Source: Peptococcaceae bacterium (lineage in GTDB: Bacteria > Bacillota > Peptococcia > DRI-13 > UBA5745). From it: DNA of 64,000 nucleotides. The stretch is from positions 23,032 to 87,031 of the forward strand of contig JAYFQF010000010.1 in assembly GCA_034927285.1 (NCBI GenBank), read 5' to 3'. Positions 36,517 to 46,580 of the stretch are shown piece after piece. The stretch's first letter is position 1. Each line of letters starts with the position of its first letter. Made by a program: the position numbers and the translations under genes. Under the pieces are notes generated by a model. That model ran no database searches. It saw only the letters and a program-made list of their open reading frames with translations, and was not told the DNA's origin.

Positions 36517-37989
36517 TCAATATTCCGTGCAGCCTTTTGACGTATCGATAATAATCTCCTGCCGGGAACCCTCCCAGGCTGTCATAAAATTAAATGTTTT
36601 TGCCAGGTCCCGAAGCTTAACGTAATTGTTACCGTTAATGGTATACGCCGTCAAAGCAGCCGGCTCTCCGTTCAGATGAATAGCAGATGTATTGGCCCGG
36701 GCATTTCTTGAAACTCCATCGCCTTTTTTCATTTCTCCTCCCACCGTTGTGTATGGCTTACCGGAAATCAAGTTGACCACATGGTTTTCGCCGTCCCAGG
36801 CCACTTCAAAGGGCTTTTCAGAATCCCGCAAAGCCTGGGCGATATCCCGGAGTTTAAAATAATTGCTGCCCTCGATGGTGTAAGCGTCAAAGACGGCGGA
36901 AGCGCCGTTTACCAGGACCGCCGAAGACAGAGGAAGCGCTTTCTTTTCCGACGAGGCCTGGCCCATGGATTCCGAAGAATTTACTCTGTGGATTTTTACC
37001 GTTTGTTTCTCGCCGGAACCATCATCTGCAAAATCATAAGTATAGAGATACCCCTGGTGATAGGCAAAGAATTTTCCCGCCCGGGAATCGGTTATCTTCA
37101 CCGAAGAATCGCTGTTACTTAAGTCGGCACGATAAATGTTCCCCTCTTGTCCGTAGTAATAAATCATGTCCTCCACAATGATGTACCGGCTGTAGATAGG
37201 AGACTCACTCCGCAAGTCGCTGCCGTCAGATTTAAAACTGTAGGCGGCGGCACCCCCAAAGGCAGCGGGAGGGGAATAAAAATACAGCCGGCCCCAGGAG
37301 TCTGCCTGTAAAAGCGTATTGAGAGAGCGCCTGACGGTTCCCCAGGAAAAGACCTTGACGCTGTTATCCCCGATATCATAACATACGACGGAATTACCCT
37401 GCAGAATAAAGAGCTGGCGCTCATATGCCGTTATATCATAGCAGTCTATTTCCTGAGCGTTGTATATAACTTGGGGGTTACTGCCGTCAAGGTTAAGGGA
37501 CACCAGCCGGGGAAACTGCTCCTTGCCGGGGTCCCAGCACAGGATATAGAGCTTGTCCTCCACCGCCAGCAGATCGTGGACAGAAACCGAAAAGGCTTTG
37601 CTGCCAGCTTGCCGCGCGGTATATAGGAGGGTGAGCCCGGTGCCGTCAGTGCGTATTCGATATACCTTCCCGTCAAGCCCTTCGCTGAAGTAAAGCCAGC
37701 CGTCCATGAGATTCAGGGTATCGTCCAGACTTCCGGAGGCCGTATACAACGTGGCCTTTGAACTGCCGTCCGCCGATTGTTTAACAATCGTATATGGCAG
37801 ATCATCGGTGTTGGTAATGTTGACGGGGTGCATGATGTAATAGAAATCAGAGCCGTCGGTTACAAATTGACTGCTTATGCTATTGGGATATCGTCCATAT
37901 TTTACTGAGTCCGCGCCTTGGGCCGGGCCGGCGGGCAGGGCGGCCAGCAGACATATCCATACCAAGGAAACAAGCAAAAACTTTTTCAT
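36517..37989 (-). CDS. Secreted beta-propeller (DUF5050-like) protein with two C-terminal copper-amine-oxidase-N-like domains
   Basis: Signal peptide MKKFLLVSLVWICLLAALPAGPAQGA. Repeated DG(S/T)...LY blades. C-terminal NGASAVFDAYTIEGSNYFKLRDIAQAL and NGEPAALTAYTINGNNYVKLRDLAKTF. The track ORF N-terminus is antisense to the tRNA. Confidence 0.75.
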   Translation of the reverse strand: MKKFLLVSLVWICLLAALPAGPAQGADSVKYGRYPNSISSQFVTDGSDFYYIMHPVNITNTDDLPYTIVKQSADGSSKATLYTASGSLDDTLNLMDGWLYFSEGLDGKVYRIRTDGTGLTLLYTARQAGSKAFSVSVHDLLAVEDKLYILCWDPGKEQFPRLVSLNLDGSNPQVIYNAQEIDCYDITAYERQLFILQGNSVVCYDIGDNSVKVFSWGTVRRSLNTLLQADSWGRLYFYSPPAAFGGAAAYSFKSDGSDLRSESPIYSRYIIVEDMIYYYGQEGNIYRADLSNSDSSVKITDSRAGKFFAYHQGYLYTYDFADDGSGEKQTVKIHRVNSSESMGQASSEKKALPLSSAVLVNGASAVFDAYTIEGSNYFKLRDIAQALRDSEKPFEVAWDGENHVVNLISGKPYTTVGGEMKKGDGVSRNARANTSAIHLNGEPAALTAYTINGNNYVKLRDLAKTFNFMTAWEGSRQEIIIDTSKGCTEY

Positions 37990-38054
37990 TTTCATCCTCC
38001 CGGAAATTAACCGCAATCCCACATAATTATAACATGATTGATCCACAAACTTCC

Positions 38055-38091
38055 AGAAAAAAAGAAAGCCTGCTTTTTTCAGCAGACTTTC
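38055..38091 (-). terminator. Terminator after tRNA-Ser
   Basis: Minus strand GAAAGTCTGCTG-AAAAAA-GCAGGCTTTC followed by TTTTTTT. Confidence 0.7.
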
Positions 38092-38099
38092 GCTTTTTT

Positions 38100-38188
38100 T
38101 GGCGGAGAGGGTGGGATTCGAACCCACGGCCCCTTGCGGAGTCACCGGTTTTCAAGACCGGCTCCTTAAACCACTCGGACACCTCTCC
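38100..38188 (-). tRNA. tRNA-Ser (anticodon UGA), CCA encoded
   Basis: GGAGAGG acceptor stem. Anticodon arm CCGGU-CUUGAAA-ACCGG. Long variable arm. T-arm GGGUUCGAAUCCC. Ends in CCUCUCC-G-CCA. Confidence 0.95.
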
Positions 38189-38291
38189 AATCAGGAATAT
38201 CCCCGCCATAGGTTCCGGCTCCCGGAACGGCGGGCAGCAAAGCGGATCCGCCGGCCACGCCAAAAGGCAATCGCCGAAAGAGCCGAATTAG

Positions 38292-38320
38292 ATTATACAA
38301 TACATCAGCTCCGAAGGCAA
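38292..38320 (-). promoter_or_regulatory. Promoter upstream of tRNA-Ser
   Basis: Minus strand TTGCCT (38320-38315), 17 nt, TATAAT (38297-38292), about 100 nt before the tRNA. Confidence 0.5.
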
Positions 38321-38387
38321 CATCCGCTCCGCAGGCAATCAATAACCTTTTGTCGAAGTCTTTATATTCCTGTAATATATTATTATC

Positions 38388-38419
38388 TTATGCACAGTTC
38401 GTGGATAACTTGTGGATAA
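38388..38419. promoter_or_regulatory. Cluster of three DnaA-box-like 9-mers
   Basis: TTATGCACA (38388-38396), CGTGGATAA (38400-38408) and perfect TGTGGATAA (38411-38419), next to an AT-rich tract (38360-38390). Confidence 0.55.
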
Positions 38420-38511
38420 CCTGTGCAGCGGCTGTGCAATCCGCTTGTCATCAAAGGCCTGTCCTGAGCAGCTATGTTTATTTTTTACCGGGCCTTGACA
38501 AAAGAAGGCCC

Positions 38512-39831
<1,320 letters not shown>

Positions 39832-40006
39832 TCATGCGCCTTTTCCCTCACGCACATTAAACCAATATGCGTATAGTATACCATAAATTTCTGATTTGAA
39901 CGCAGGCGGCAGTCAGAAAATCTGCCGGCTATCCGCCAGCGGCAAATTATCCCGGCGTGTCTTCTCAGATCCGGAGACATTTCGCCATGAAGTTCCGATT
40001 TGCTCT

Positions 40007-41596
40007 CTATTCGCCAAAATTCAAATAAGCGGCCTTTTCCACGGCAGGGATCTTCTCCAGCTCTTTCAGCACCTGGGCCGGCACTTCGCTGTCCACGTCC
40101 AAGACCATCAGGGAGATACCGCCGGCTTCCCGGCGGCCCAGCTGCATGCCGGCGATATTGATGCCGTTTTCCCCCAAAATCATGCCGCACATCCCAACAA
40201 CCTTGGGCTGGTCTTTATGGGGGACTAAGATCAGATGGCCCGTGGGGCGCACGTCCAGCAAATAGTCGTCGATTTTCACGATATGGACTTCGCCGTTTTC
40301 AAAGACGCTGCCGGAAACCTCATGGCTGAAGCCGTGGCCTTTTACGGTAGCCACCATTTTGTTTACATAGTCCGTGGGCTCGTCGTTCTGGACGCAGACC
40401 ACATTAATGCCCCGCTCTTTGGCCACCACCGGCGCGTTGACGTAGTTTACGGCATCGTTTAAGATGGGCCGCAGCAGGCCTTTGAGATAGGTGCTGGTCA
40501 TGGGCCGCAGGTTCAGCCCCTTCATATCCCCCAGATAGGTGATGCCGGCTTCCTTGATGGGTCCGTCGGCCAGGTAGGCGGCCAGCTTGCCCAGCTTTTC
40601 CGCCAGATTCATAAAGGGCCGGGCTTTTTCCATGATATCCGGATTAATGAAGGGAATATTTACGGCGTTATGCACCGGCAGATCCGCCAGGACCCGGCGG
40701 ATTTCTTCCACGACGTCCAGGGCCACGTTGATCTGAGCCTCCTCGGTGGAAGCCCCCAGGTGAGGGGTGACCACTACCTGGGGCAGGTCAAAGAGGGGAT
40801 TTTCCGTCATGGGCTCTTTGGTCCAGACGTCGATGGCGGCCCCGGCAATGACGCCGTTTTTCACGGCCTCGTAAAGGTCGGCCTCATTGATGATGCCGCC
40901 CCGGGCCACGTTGATCAGCCGGGCGGCAGGCTTCATCATGGCCAGCTGCTCTTTGGCGATCATGTTTCTGGTGGAATCGTTTAAGGGCATATGCACGGTG
41001 ATGAAATCCGCTTCCCGGAAGATCTTTTCCTTATCGCAAAGCTCCACGTTATACCGGGCCGCTCTTTCCTGGGTAACGTAAGGATCGTAGACCATGACGG
41101 TCATGCCGAAGGCCCTGCAGCGGACGGCGATCTCCGAGCCGATTTTGCCAAAGCCCAGGATGCCGATGGTTTTGCCCCGCAGCTCCACGCCGGTGAATTT
41201 TTTCCGGTCCCATTTATGCTCCCTGAGGGACTGGTCGGCCTGGGGGACGTGGCGGGCCAGGCAAAGGATCATGGCCATGGTGTGTTCGCAGGCGGAAATG
41301 GTGTTCCCGTCGGGGGCGTTGATGACGATGACGCCCTTTTTGGTGGCTTCCGGAACGTCGATATTGTCTACGCCTACGCCGGCCCGGCCGATAACCTTCA
41401 GCTGACGGGCGGCGTCCAGAATTTTCTTGGTGATCTTGGTTTCGCTGCGAACTACCATAGCGTGATAATCGCCGGCGATCTCCGCGATCTGGTCCTCGGT
41501 CTGCTTCAGCCTGATGTCCGCCTGGATGCCCGGTTCATTTTGTAAAATCGCGATGCCTTTTTCGGAAATCGGATCGCAGATCAATACTTTTACCAT
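40007..41596 (-). CDS. serA: D-3-phosphoglycerate dehydrogenase (long form with ASB and ACT domains)
   Basis: MVKVLICDPISEKGIAIL...GFGKIGSEIA...; C-terminal ACT domain. ATG 41596 lies 2 nt after the serC stop. Confidence 0.9.
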   Translation of the reverse strand: MVKVLICDPISEKGIAILQNEPGIQADIRLKQTEDQIAEIAGDYHAMVVRSETKITKKILDAARQLKVIGRAGVGVDNIDVPEATKKGVIVINAPDGNTISACEHTMAMILCLARHVPQADQSLREHKWDRKKFTGVELRGKTIGILGFGKIGSEIAVRCRAFGMTVMVYDPYVTQERAARYNVELCDKEKIFREADFITVHMPLNDSTRNMIAKEQLAMMKPAARLINVARGGIINEADLYEAVKNGVIAGAAIDVWTKEPMTENPLFDLPQVVVTPHLGASTEEAQINVALDVVEEIRRVLADLPVHNAVNIPFINPDIMEKARPFMNLAEKLGKLAAYLADGPIKEAGITYLGDMKGLNLRPMTSTYLKGLLRPILNDAVNYVNAPVVAKERGINVVCVQNDEPTDYVNKMVATVKGHGFSHEVSGSVFENGEVHIVKIDDYLLDVRPTGHLILVPHKDQPKVVGMCGMILGENGINIAGMQLGRREAGGISLMVLDVDSEVPAQVLKELEKIPAVEKAAYLNFGE

Positions 41597-41598
41597 GC

Positions 41599-42759
41599 TT
41601 AGTCTCTCCCTTCCAAAATGATTTTCTGTACGGCGGCCACGCCGGCCCCTAACCGGCAATTCCAGCCCAGCTCCGTCAGGGTCATTTCCAGGCAGGCGAT
41701 GGTAGCCAGGATGTCGGCGTCATTTACATAGCCCAGATGGCCGATCCGGAAAATGCTCTTATCGAATTTACCCTGGCCGGCGGCGATAACGATGTTATAT
41801 TTGTCCCGCATGATCTTGGTCACCTGCTTGACGTCGATTTCACCGGGCTTCTTGATGGCGGTGACGGCGGAAGAGGCGCAGGCGTCGGCGGCCAGGGGCT
41901 CCAGGTTCAGCGCCCTGGCGGCGGCCCGGACCATATCCCGGTTTCTGGCATGGCGCTTGAAGATGTTTTCCAGTCCTTCTTCTTCCATCATCTTCAGGCT
42001 TTCTTCCAGCCCCACGATGAGATTGGCGGCGGGAGTATAGGGTGTGGTGCTTTTTTCGTCAAAGTTCTTTTTGGCGGCCTTCAGGCTCAGGTAAAACACG
42101 GGGTTAGTGCACCGGGCGTTTACTTCCCAGGCCTTGGGGCTGACGCTGATAAAGGCCAGGCCCGGCGGCAGCATGAAGGCCTTCTGGGAACCGCTGACCA
42201 CCACGTCCAGCTTCCATTCATCCACCGGCAGGGGAGAAACGGCCATGCCGCTGATGGAATCCACCACAAAGATGGCGGGATGATCCCCCACGGCTTCCCG
42301 CAGGGCTTTCACATCGTGGACCACGCCGGTGGAGGTTTCATTATGGGTGACGTAAACCGCTTTGATCTCCTGGTTTACGTCGGCGTCGATGGCGGCCTTC
42401 AAGGCGGCGGGGTCCGCCGCTTCGCCCCATTCGCCGCTGATCACCTGAACCTGGGCGCCAAAGGCTTTGTTGATCTTCACCCAGCGCTCGGCAAAATTAC
42501 CGTTTTCCATGACGATGACTTTGTCGCCGGGGTTGATGAAGTTGGACACAGCTGCTTCCATGGCGCCGGAACCGGAGGAGGTGAGGATGAAGAGGTCGTT
42601 TTCCGTGCCGTAGATCTTTTTCACCTTAGCGGTGCATTCCTTGATCTTGGCGGAAAAACCGGGGGTACGGTGGCCCAGTGCCGGATTGGACAGGGCGTGG
42701 AGCACCCTTGTAGGCACCGGAGTAGGGCCGGGGATCATCAGTAACTGTTTGTCATTCAT
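41599..42759 (-). CDS. serC: Class-V aminotransferase (serine-pyruvate/phosphoserine aminotransferase type)
   Basis: LLMIPGPTPVP...SGSQKAFMLPPG (PLP lysine). ATG 42759 after GGAGGAG is preferred over ATG 42774. Confidence 0.8.
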   Translation of the reverse strand: MNDKQLLMIPGPTPVPTRVLHALSNPALGHRTPGFSAKIKECTAKVKKIYGTENDLFILTSSGSGAMEAAVSNFINPGDKVIVMENGNFAERWVKINKAFGAQVQVISGEWGEAADPAALKAAIDADVNQEIKAVYVTHNETSTGVVHDVKALREAVGDHPAIFVVDSISGMAVSPLPVDEWKLDVVVSGSQKAFMLPPGLAFISVSPKAWEVNARCTNPVFYLSLKAAKKNFDEKSTTPYTPAANLIVGLEESLKMMEEEGLENIFKRHARNRDMVRAAARALNLEPLAADACASSAVTAIKKPGEIDVKQVTKIMRDKYNIVIAAGQGKFDKSIFRIGHLGYVNDADILATIACLEMTLTELGWNCRLGAGVAAVQKIILEGRD

Positions 42760-42785
42760 TTTCTTCTCCTCCATTTCCTTTGGGT

Positions 42786-43075
42786 AAAAAAATAAAACGC
42801 CTGCATCCCGGACAGGTAACTGTCCTGGGACGAGACGTCTTCTCGCGGTACCACCCAGATTGCTCTTTAGGCCTTCGTCTTTTCCGTTAACTCCTGAATC
42901 CGCCTTTACCGAATACCGGTAAAAGGGAAACCGGAAAAAGACTCAGCCTTTAGGGCCACCTTCATTTACGCAGATAACGGCTGCTGCCGGAAATACTCGT
43001 CGCATTCTGCTCCAGGGCGGAATCAAGGATAAACTGCCGGGCTCGCACCAGCCGCCGGCTCTCTGAAGGTCTTCT
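42786..43075 (-). promoter_or_regulatory. T-box riboswitch leader controlling serC-serA
   Basis: Minus strand carries the canonical T-box CUGGGUGGUACCGCG (42844-42858) and a stem I AG-bulge/distal loop CAGAGAGCCGGCGGCUGGUGCGAGCCCGG. A long terminator hairpin ends in UUUUAUUUUUUU (42786-42840). Confidence 0.85.
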
Positions 43076-43126
43076 CCTCTACGTTCCCCTTCATTGCATT
43101 TACGTTTTTGTTTTGGGAATGAGGCT

Positions 43127-43155
43127 ATTATAGCCTCTTATTTTCAAAAAAACAA
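43127..43155 (-). promoter_or_regulatory. Promoter of the T-box/serCA transcript
   Basis: Minus strand TTGTTT (43155-43150), 17 nt, TATAAT (43132-43127). The -10 sits inside the palindrome GAGGCTAT-T-ATAGCCTC (43121-43137). Confidence 0.55.
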
Positions 43156-43410
43156 GGTCTGCATATAAGTTTTTACAAAATTCAAGATGTATACATTAGG
43201 AGGACAGCTGTTTTTGTTAAGTGGACAGGCTCTTTTCTCAGAAAAAACCTGGCGCTTTCACCGCGCTGATGCCTCCGGCTGCCGGGGAGACAGAACGATG
43301 ACAATTCTATACAGGATTTTCCTTTTTTCTTAACCTGCTGTTGAAGAATCTACTGCCATGGATTAAACTGGGAATAAGGATGTTGGATAAGGAAAGGGGG
43401 AGGAAGCCTG

Positions 43411-43968
43411 TTGCTATTCCTTGCCTTTGCAGATAATAAAGAACATAAACAAACCCTGGAGCAGCTATACTGCCAGTATGGGAAACCTTTATCCCGGATC
43501 GCCGAGGGCATCCTGAAGGATCCTCACCTGGCGGAGGACGCTTTGCAGATCATGTTCATTAAGTTAGCCCGGTATCTGAAGGGCCACCAGCTTCCTGCCG
43601 CCGAAAAGCTTCGGCCCTTTCTGGTGACCATGATCAAGTATACCGCCATCGACCTTTACCGGAAACGGCAGCGGCGGCCGGAAATGCAAGAGTTGGGGGA
43701 AGAGGTTTGCCCTGCGGCGTCCTGCCCGCCGGTTCCTACCCCGGAAGAAGTCATCGTCAGCCGCGAGACCTGCCGGCGGCTTATATCCTATATCGGAGAG
43801 TTGTCCCCCATTCATCAGGAGGTTCTTTGGCTGCGCTATTTTTACGGCATGACGGAAAAAGAAATCGCCGTTTTATTGGGCGTCACCCGGGGCACCGTTT
43901 GCTCCCGGCTGTTTCGGGCCAGAAACCGGCTGAAGGAAAGGCTGGCAAAGGAGGGGGAGGGGCAGTGA
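43411..43968 (+). CDS. ECF-type RNA polymerase sigma-70 family factor
   Basis: Region 2 (AEDALQIMFIKLARYL...YTAIDLYRKR) and region 4 (EVLWLRYFYGMTEKEIAVLLGVTRGTVCSRLFRARNRLKE). TTG start after GGGGGAGGAAG. Confidence 0.85.
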   Translation: MLFLAFADNKEHKQTLEQLYCQYGKPLSRIAEGILKDPHLAEDALQIMFIKLARYLKGHQLPAAEKLRPFLVTMIKYTAIDLYRKRQRRPEMQELGEEVCPAASCPPVPTPEEVIVSRETCRRLISYIGELSPIHQEVLWLRYFYGMTEKEIAVLLGVTRGTVCSRLFRARNRLKERLAKEGEGQ

Positions 43969-44690
43969 AGGAACCTTTCTATGAAGAAATGCTGGACGTC
44001 CTGCTGAAGCATACCCTCTCGGAAGAAAGCCGCCGGTTGGAGAAAGACCTGGCGGAGGCCGAGACTGCCGAAGCCCGGCAGCCCACCCGGTTTTCCCCGG
44101 AGCATGAAGCCAAAATGAAGGCCATCTTCAAGGAGCTCCGCCGCCAGAAACCCTTTTACCAACGGCGCTGGGTCCAAATCGCCGCCGCCTGCGTGGCTTT
44201 GTTTATCTGCCTGGTGGCCTTAAGCCCGCCGGTCAGCGCCGCCCAAAATCCCATCGTCCGATTCTTCGCGGTCATGCGGGAAAAAAGCACCTCCATCCTG
44301 ACCCCGGAGCAGGAGCGGCAGAGAGAGGAGGGGGCGGGGATCATTCCCCAGGATATCCCCGGTCTGGCCAGATTGGACTATGTGCCGGAAGGGTATACCG
44401 CCAGCGATTTTCAGGAAATGGACGGGATCTATCGGACGATTTATAAAAAAGATGCAGCTTCGCTCTTTATCTTTGGCCAGTTTCCCGAAGATTCTTCTCT
44501 GGATATCGATTCCGAGAACTGTGAAGTAAAAGAAATCCTTTTGGAAAATAACCGGTATCTCTTCTCCCGTAAGGAAGGGCAATGCATTGTCGCCTGGGTT
44601 TCTGAAGGATATAAATATTGCCTGACCTTTTTAGGCGATAATGAGGAAACGGAAATTAAAGAGATTTTAAAAAATATTTCCTATTCTTGA
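43965..44690 (+). CDS. Anti-sigma factor candidate (single TM, DUF4367-like extracytoplasmic domain)
   Basis: GTG 43965 overlaps the sigma stop (GTGA) after GGGGAGGGG. TM helix WVQIAAACVALFICLVALSPPV. C-terminal YVPEGYTASDF... Confidence 0.7.
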   Translation: MKEPFYEEMLDVLLKHTLSEESRRLEKDLAEAETAEARQPTRFSPEHEAKMKAIFKELRRQKPFYQRRWVQIAAACVALFICLVALSPPVSAAQNPIVRFFAVMREKSTSILTPEQERQREEGAGIIPQDIPGLARLDYVPEGYTASDFQEMDGIYRTIYKKDAASLFIFGQFPEDSSLDIDSENCEVKEILLENNRYLFSRKEGQCIVAWVSEGYKYCLTFLGDNEETEIKEILKNISYS

Positions 44691-44784
44691 TCCTTTTCGG
44701 TAATTATCACCTCCTTTATTTCGTTATCTGTTATAGATAGCAAATTAAAGGAGGCTTTTTTATGACGCGTTGGAGGATTGATTA

Positions 44785-45639
44785 ATGAAGAACTCCGTAC
44801 GAATCCTGATCTTTTGCATTTTAGCTTTGGCTGTTGGTTTTATCTTATACCGGCTTCCTTCTCCGGAACTTGTTATTTATGACGATATCACCTTGGCGGA
44901 AGAATTTTCTTATTTTCAAGAGGAGCTGGGACCTGATTGTAACATCTATTCCCAAGTCAGTGATTCCTTTAATCATGCATGTTCGGTTTTTATAACGGAA
45001 TATCCTGATTCTTTTCAAACTCTTGATTTTCAGTTAGTGGTAGGAAATAAAACCAACCAAGACTTAAAAAACTTTAGTCTTTCTTTTTCTTTGGATGATG
45101 AATATGCCCCTTTCATTGTGGGCCCCACTCCACCATTGGAAAATTTAAATACCACGACATTGGTTCCATACAATAAAAAGACCGCTGATCTTTCCTCCAA
45201 TACATACGCTGAGATATCCTATTTACTTAAGCCCAGGATAGATTTGAATTCGCTTCCGGGAACTTTTACGATTACCATATTGGGGAATGGCGAAGAAGAA
45301 GTCCATGAGCTTTCTTTTGACCTGCAAAAGAGAGTCAGTGAAAAGGGATTTCAGCGATTTGATGATCCATACCAGGAGGTATTGGAGGAAATCAACGCAA
45401 AATACGGCACAGACATGCGCTTTGCTACAGAAGAAGAGAAAGCCTCATATGTCAACAAAGCGATAATTGATTGTTATAGTAAGGAGTATGGCGTCGATTT
45501 CCAATCTGTTGAAGAGATCCTTGAATATCCCGAGGCCCAAAAAAATATTCCTTCCTTTGAGGAATGGCGAGCGGATATGTGGCAGGAGGCCAGGGAAATC
45601 AGCTTACGAAAAGAAGCGCAAGGAAAAGCGAATTCTTAA
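44785..45639 (+). CDS. Membrane-anchored hypothetical protein
   Basis: 284 aa. N-terminal TM (ILIFCILALAVGFILY). GGAGGA SD. Visibly AT-richer than flanking genes. No family recognised. Confidence 0.6.
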   Translation: MKNSVRILIFCILALAVGFILYRLPSPELVIYDDITLAEEFSYFQEELGPDCNIYSQVSDSFNHACSVFITEYPDSFQTLDFQLVVGNKTNQDLKNFSLSFSLDDEYAPFIVGPTPPLENLNTTTLVPYNKKTADLSSNTYAEISYLLKPRIDLNSLPGTFTITILGNGEEEVHELSFDLQKRVSEKGFQRFDDPYQEVLEEINAKYGTDMRFATEEEKASYVNKAIIDCYSKEYGVDFQSVEEILEYPEAQKNIPSFEEWRADMWQEAREISLRKEAQGKANS

Positions 45640-45681
45640 AGCAGGAATATTTTCAGGATAGCTAAGAAAGGAGGGGGCGGC

Positions 45682-46443
45682 TTGTTAAGAAGATTCTTCA
45701 TTTTTCCTCTGTATTTGTTCAGTTTTGCCATTACTGCCCTTAGTCTGTATATCTGCAATTTTTACTTGGGGCTTTCCGGTTTCTGCCGCGACGCGGGCTT
45801 GGTTTTGGTGGGCTGGGCCGACGCGGGCCTTTGGCTGGGCGCCCTGGCGGCAATTATCCTTTTGGCCGCTCTGATTTACGGCCTTTTTTCCCTGCACAAA
45901 AAGGGGGTCTTTCTATTGACCCTCCCGTTGATCCTGGTTCTGAGCGCTTTTTCCATGAAAGCGGCAAAAGTTCATGAGGATTTTTATTGGGCTCATGAAA
46001 AATTCCAGCCCCGGGTCGTTTCCCTCTCTTTGGATGAGCTGGCGGAAAAGACGAAAAAAATCCAGATCGCCCAATACATATTCATCGGCGGGGCGTCGAA
46101 CGAAAAGGGAGAGGCGGACACGGAGGTTTATTCCCGACTGGAGCAATTGTCCCGTGTTTATCAACAGGTCCTTCATTCGTATGATCCGGCTGCCGACCGC
46201 CAAAGCCGCCGGGAAAAACTGACGGCCGTTTTTGACGAATCAGGGATTACCGCTGTCCCAAGCCTGATGAAAATCGAAAACGGAGAGATTACTATCGTTT
46301 CCGATCCAGAAAAAATACCGGCTCAGGCGGAAGAATGGTTCAATAAAACCCCTCATTTTGATCTGCAATGTTTTAAGAAGCTGTCGGAACCCCGGCCGGC
46401 TTCTCTCCAATGGGCGCTGACCCTGGGAAATAAGGTGCCGTAA
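45682..46443 (+). CDS. Polytopic membrane protein with a C-terminal thioredoxin-fold-like domain lacking CxxC
   Basis: 253 aa. TTG start after AAAGGAGGGGG. Several N-terminal TM helices, then ...YIFIGGASNEKG...ITAVPSLMKIENGEI... Confidence 0.55.
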   Translation: MLRRFFIFPLYLFSFAITALSLYICNFYLGLSGFCRDAGLVLVGWADAGLWLGALAAIILLAALIYGLFSLHKKGVFLLTLPLILVLSAFSMKAAKVHEDFYWAHEKFQPRVVSLSLDELAEKTKKIQIAQYIFIGGASNEKGEADTEVYSRLEQLSRVYQQVLHSYDPAADRQSRREKLTAVFDESGITAVPSLMKIENGEITIVSDPEKIPAQAEEWFNKTPHFDLQCFKKLSEPRPASLQWALTLGNKVP

Positions 46444-46580
46444 ACATGAACAGCGCGGGGCTGGAAAATTCCCGCCGGGCCGTGCTTGGCACCTTTGGCC
46501 AGGAGCCAAAGTTCGCTGATGAGTATCATCTCTATGTCCGGAAAGGGGATTATGCTGAAGCGATGTTTATTCTTCACGCT

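Noticed and set aside
37990-38145. N-terminal extension of the beta-propeller protein ORF.
   Set aside because: It is antisense to the tRNA-Ser gene and its terminator. The signal peptide starts at the MKMKKF methionines preceded by GGGAGG.
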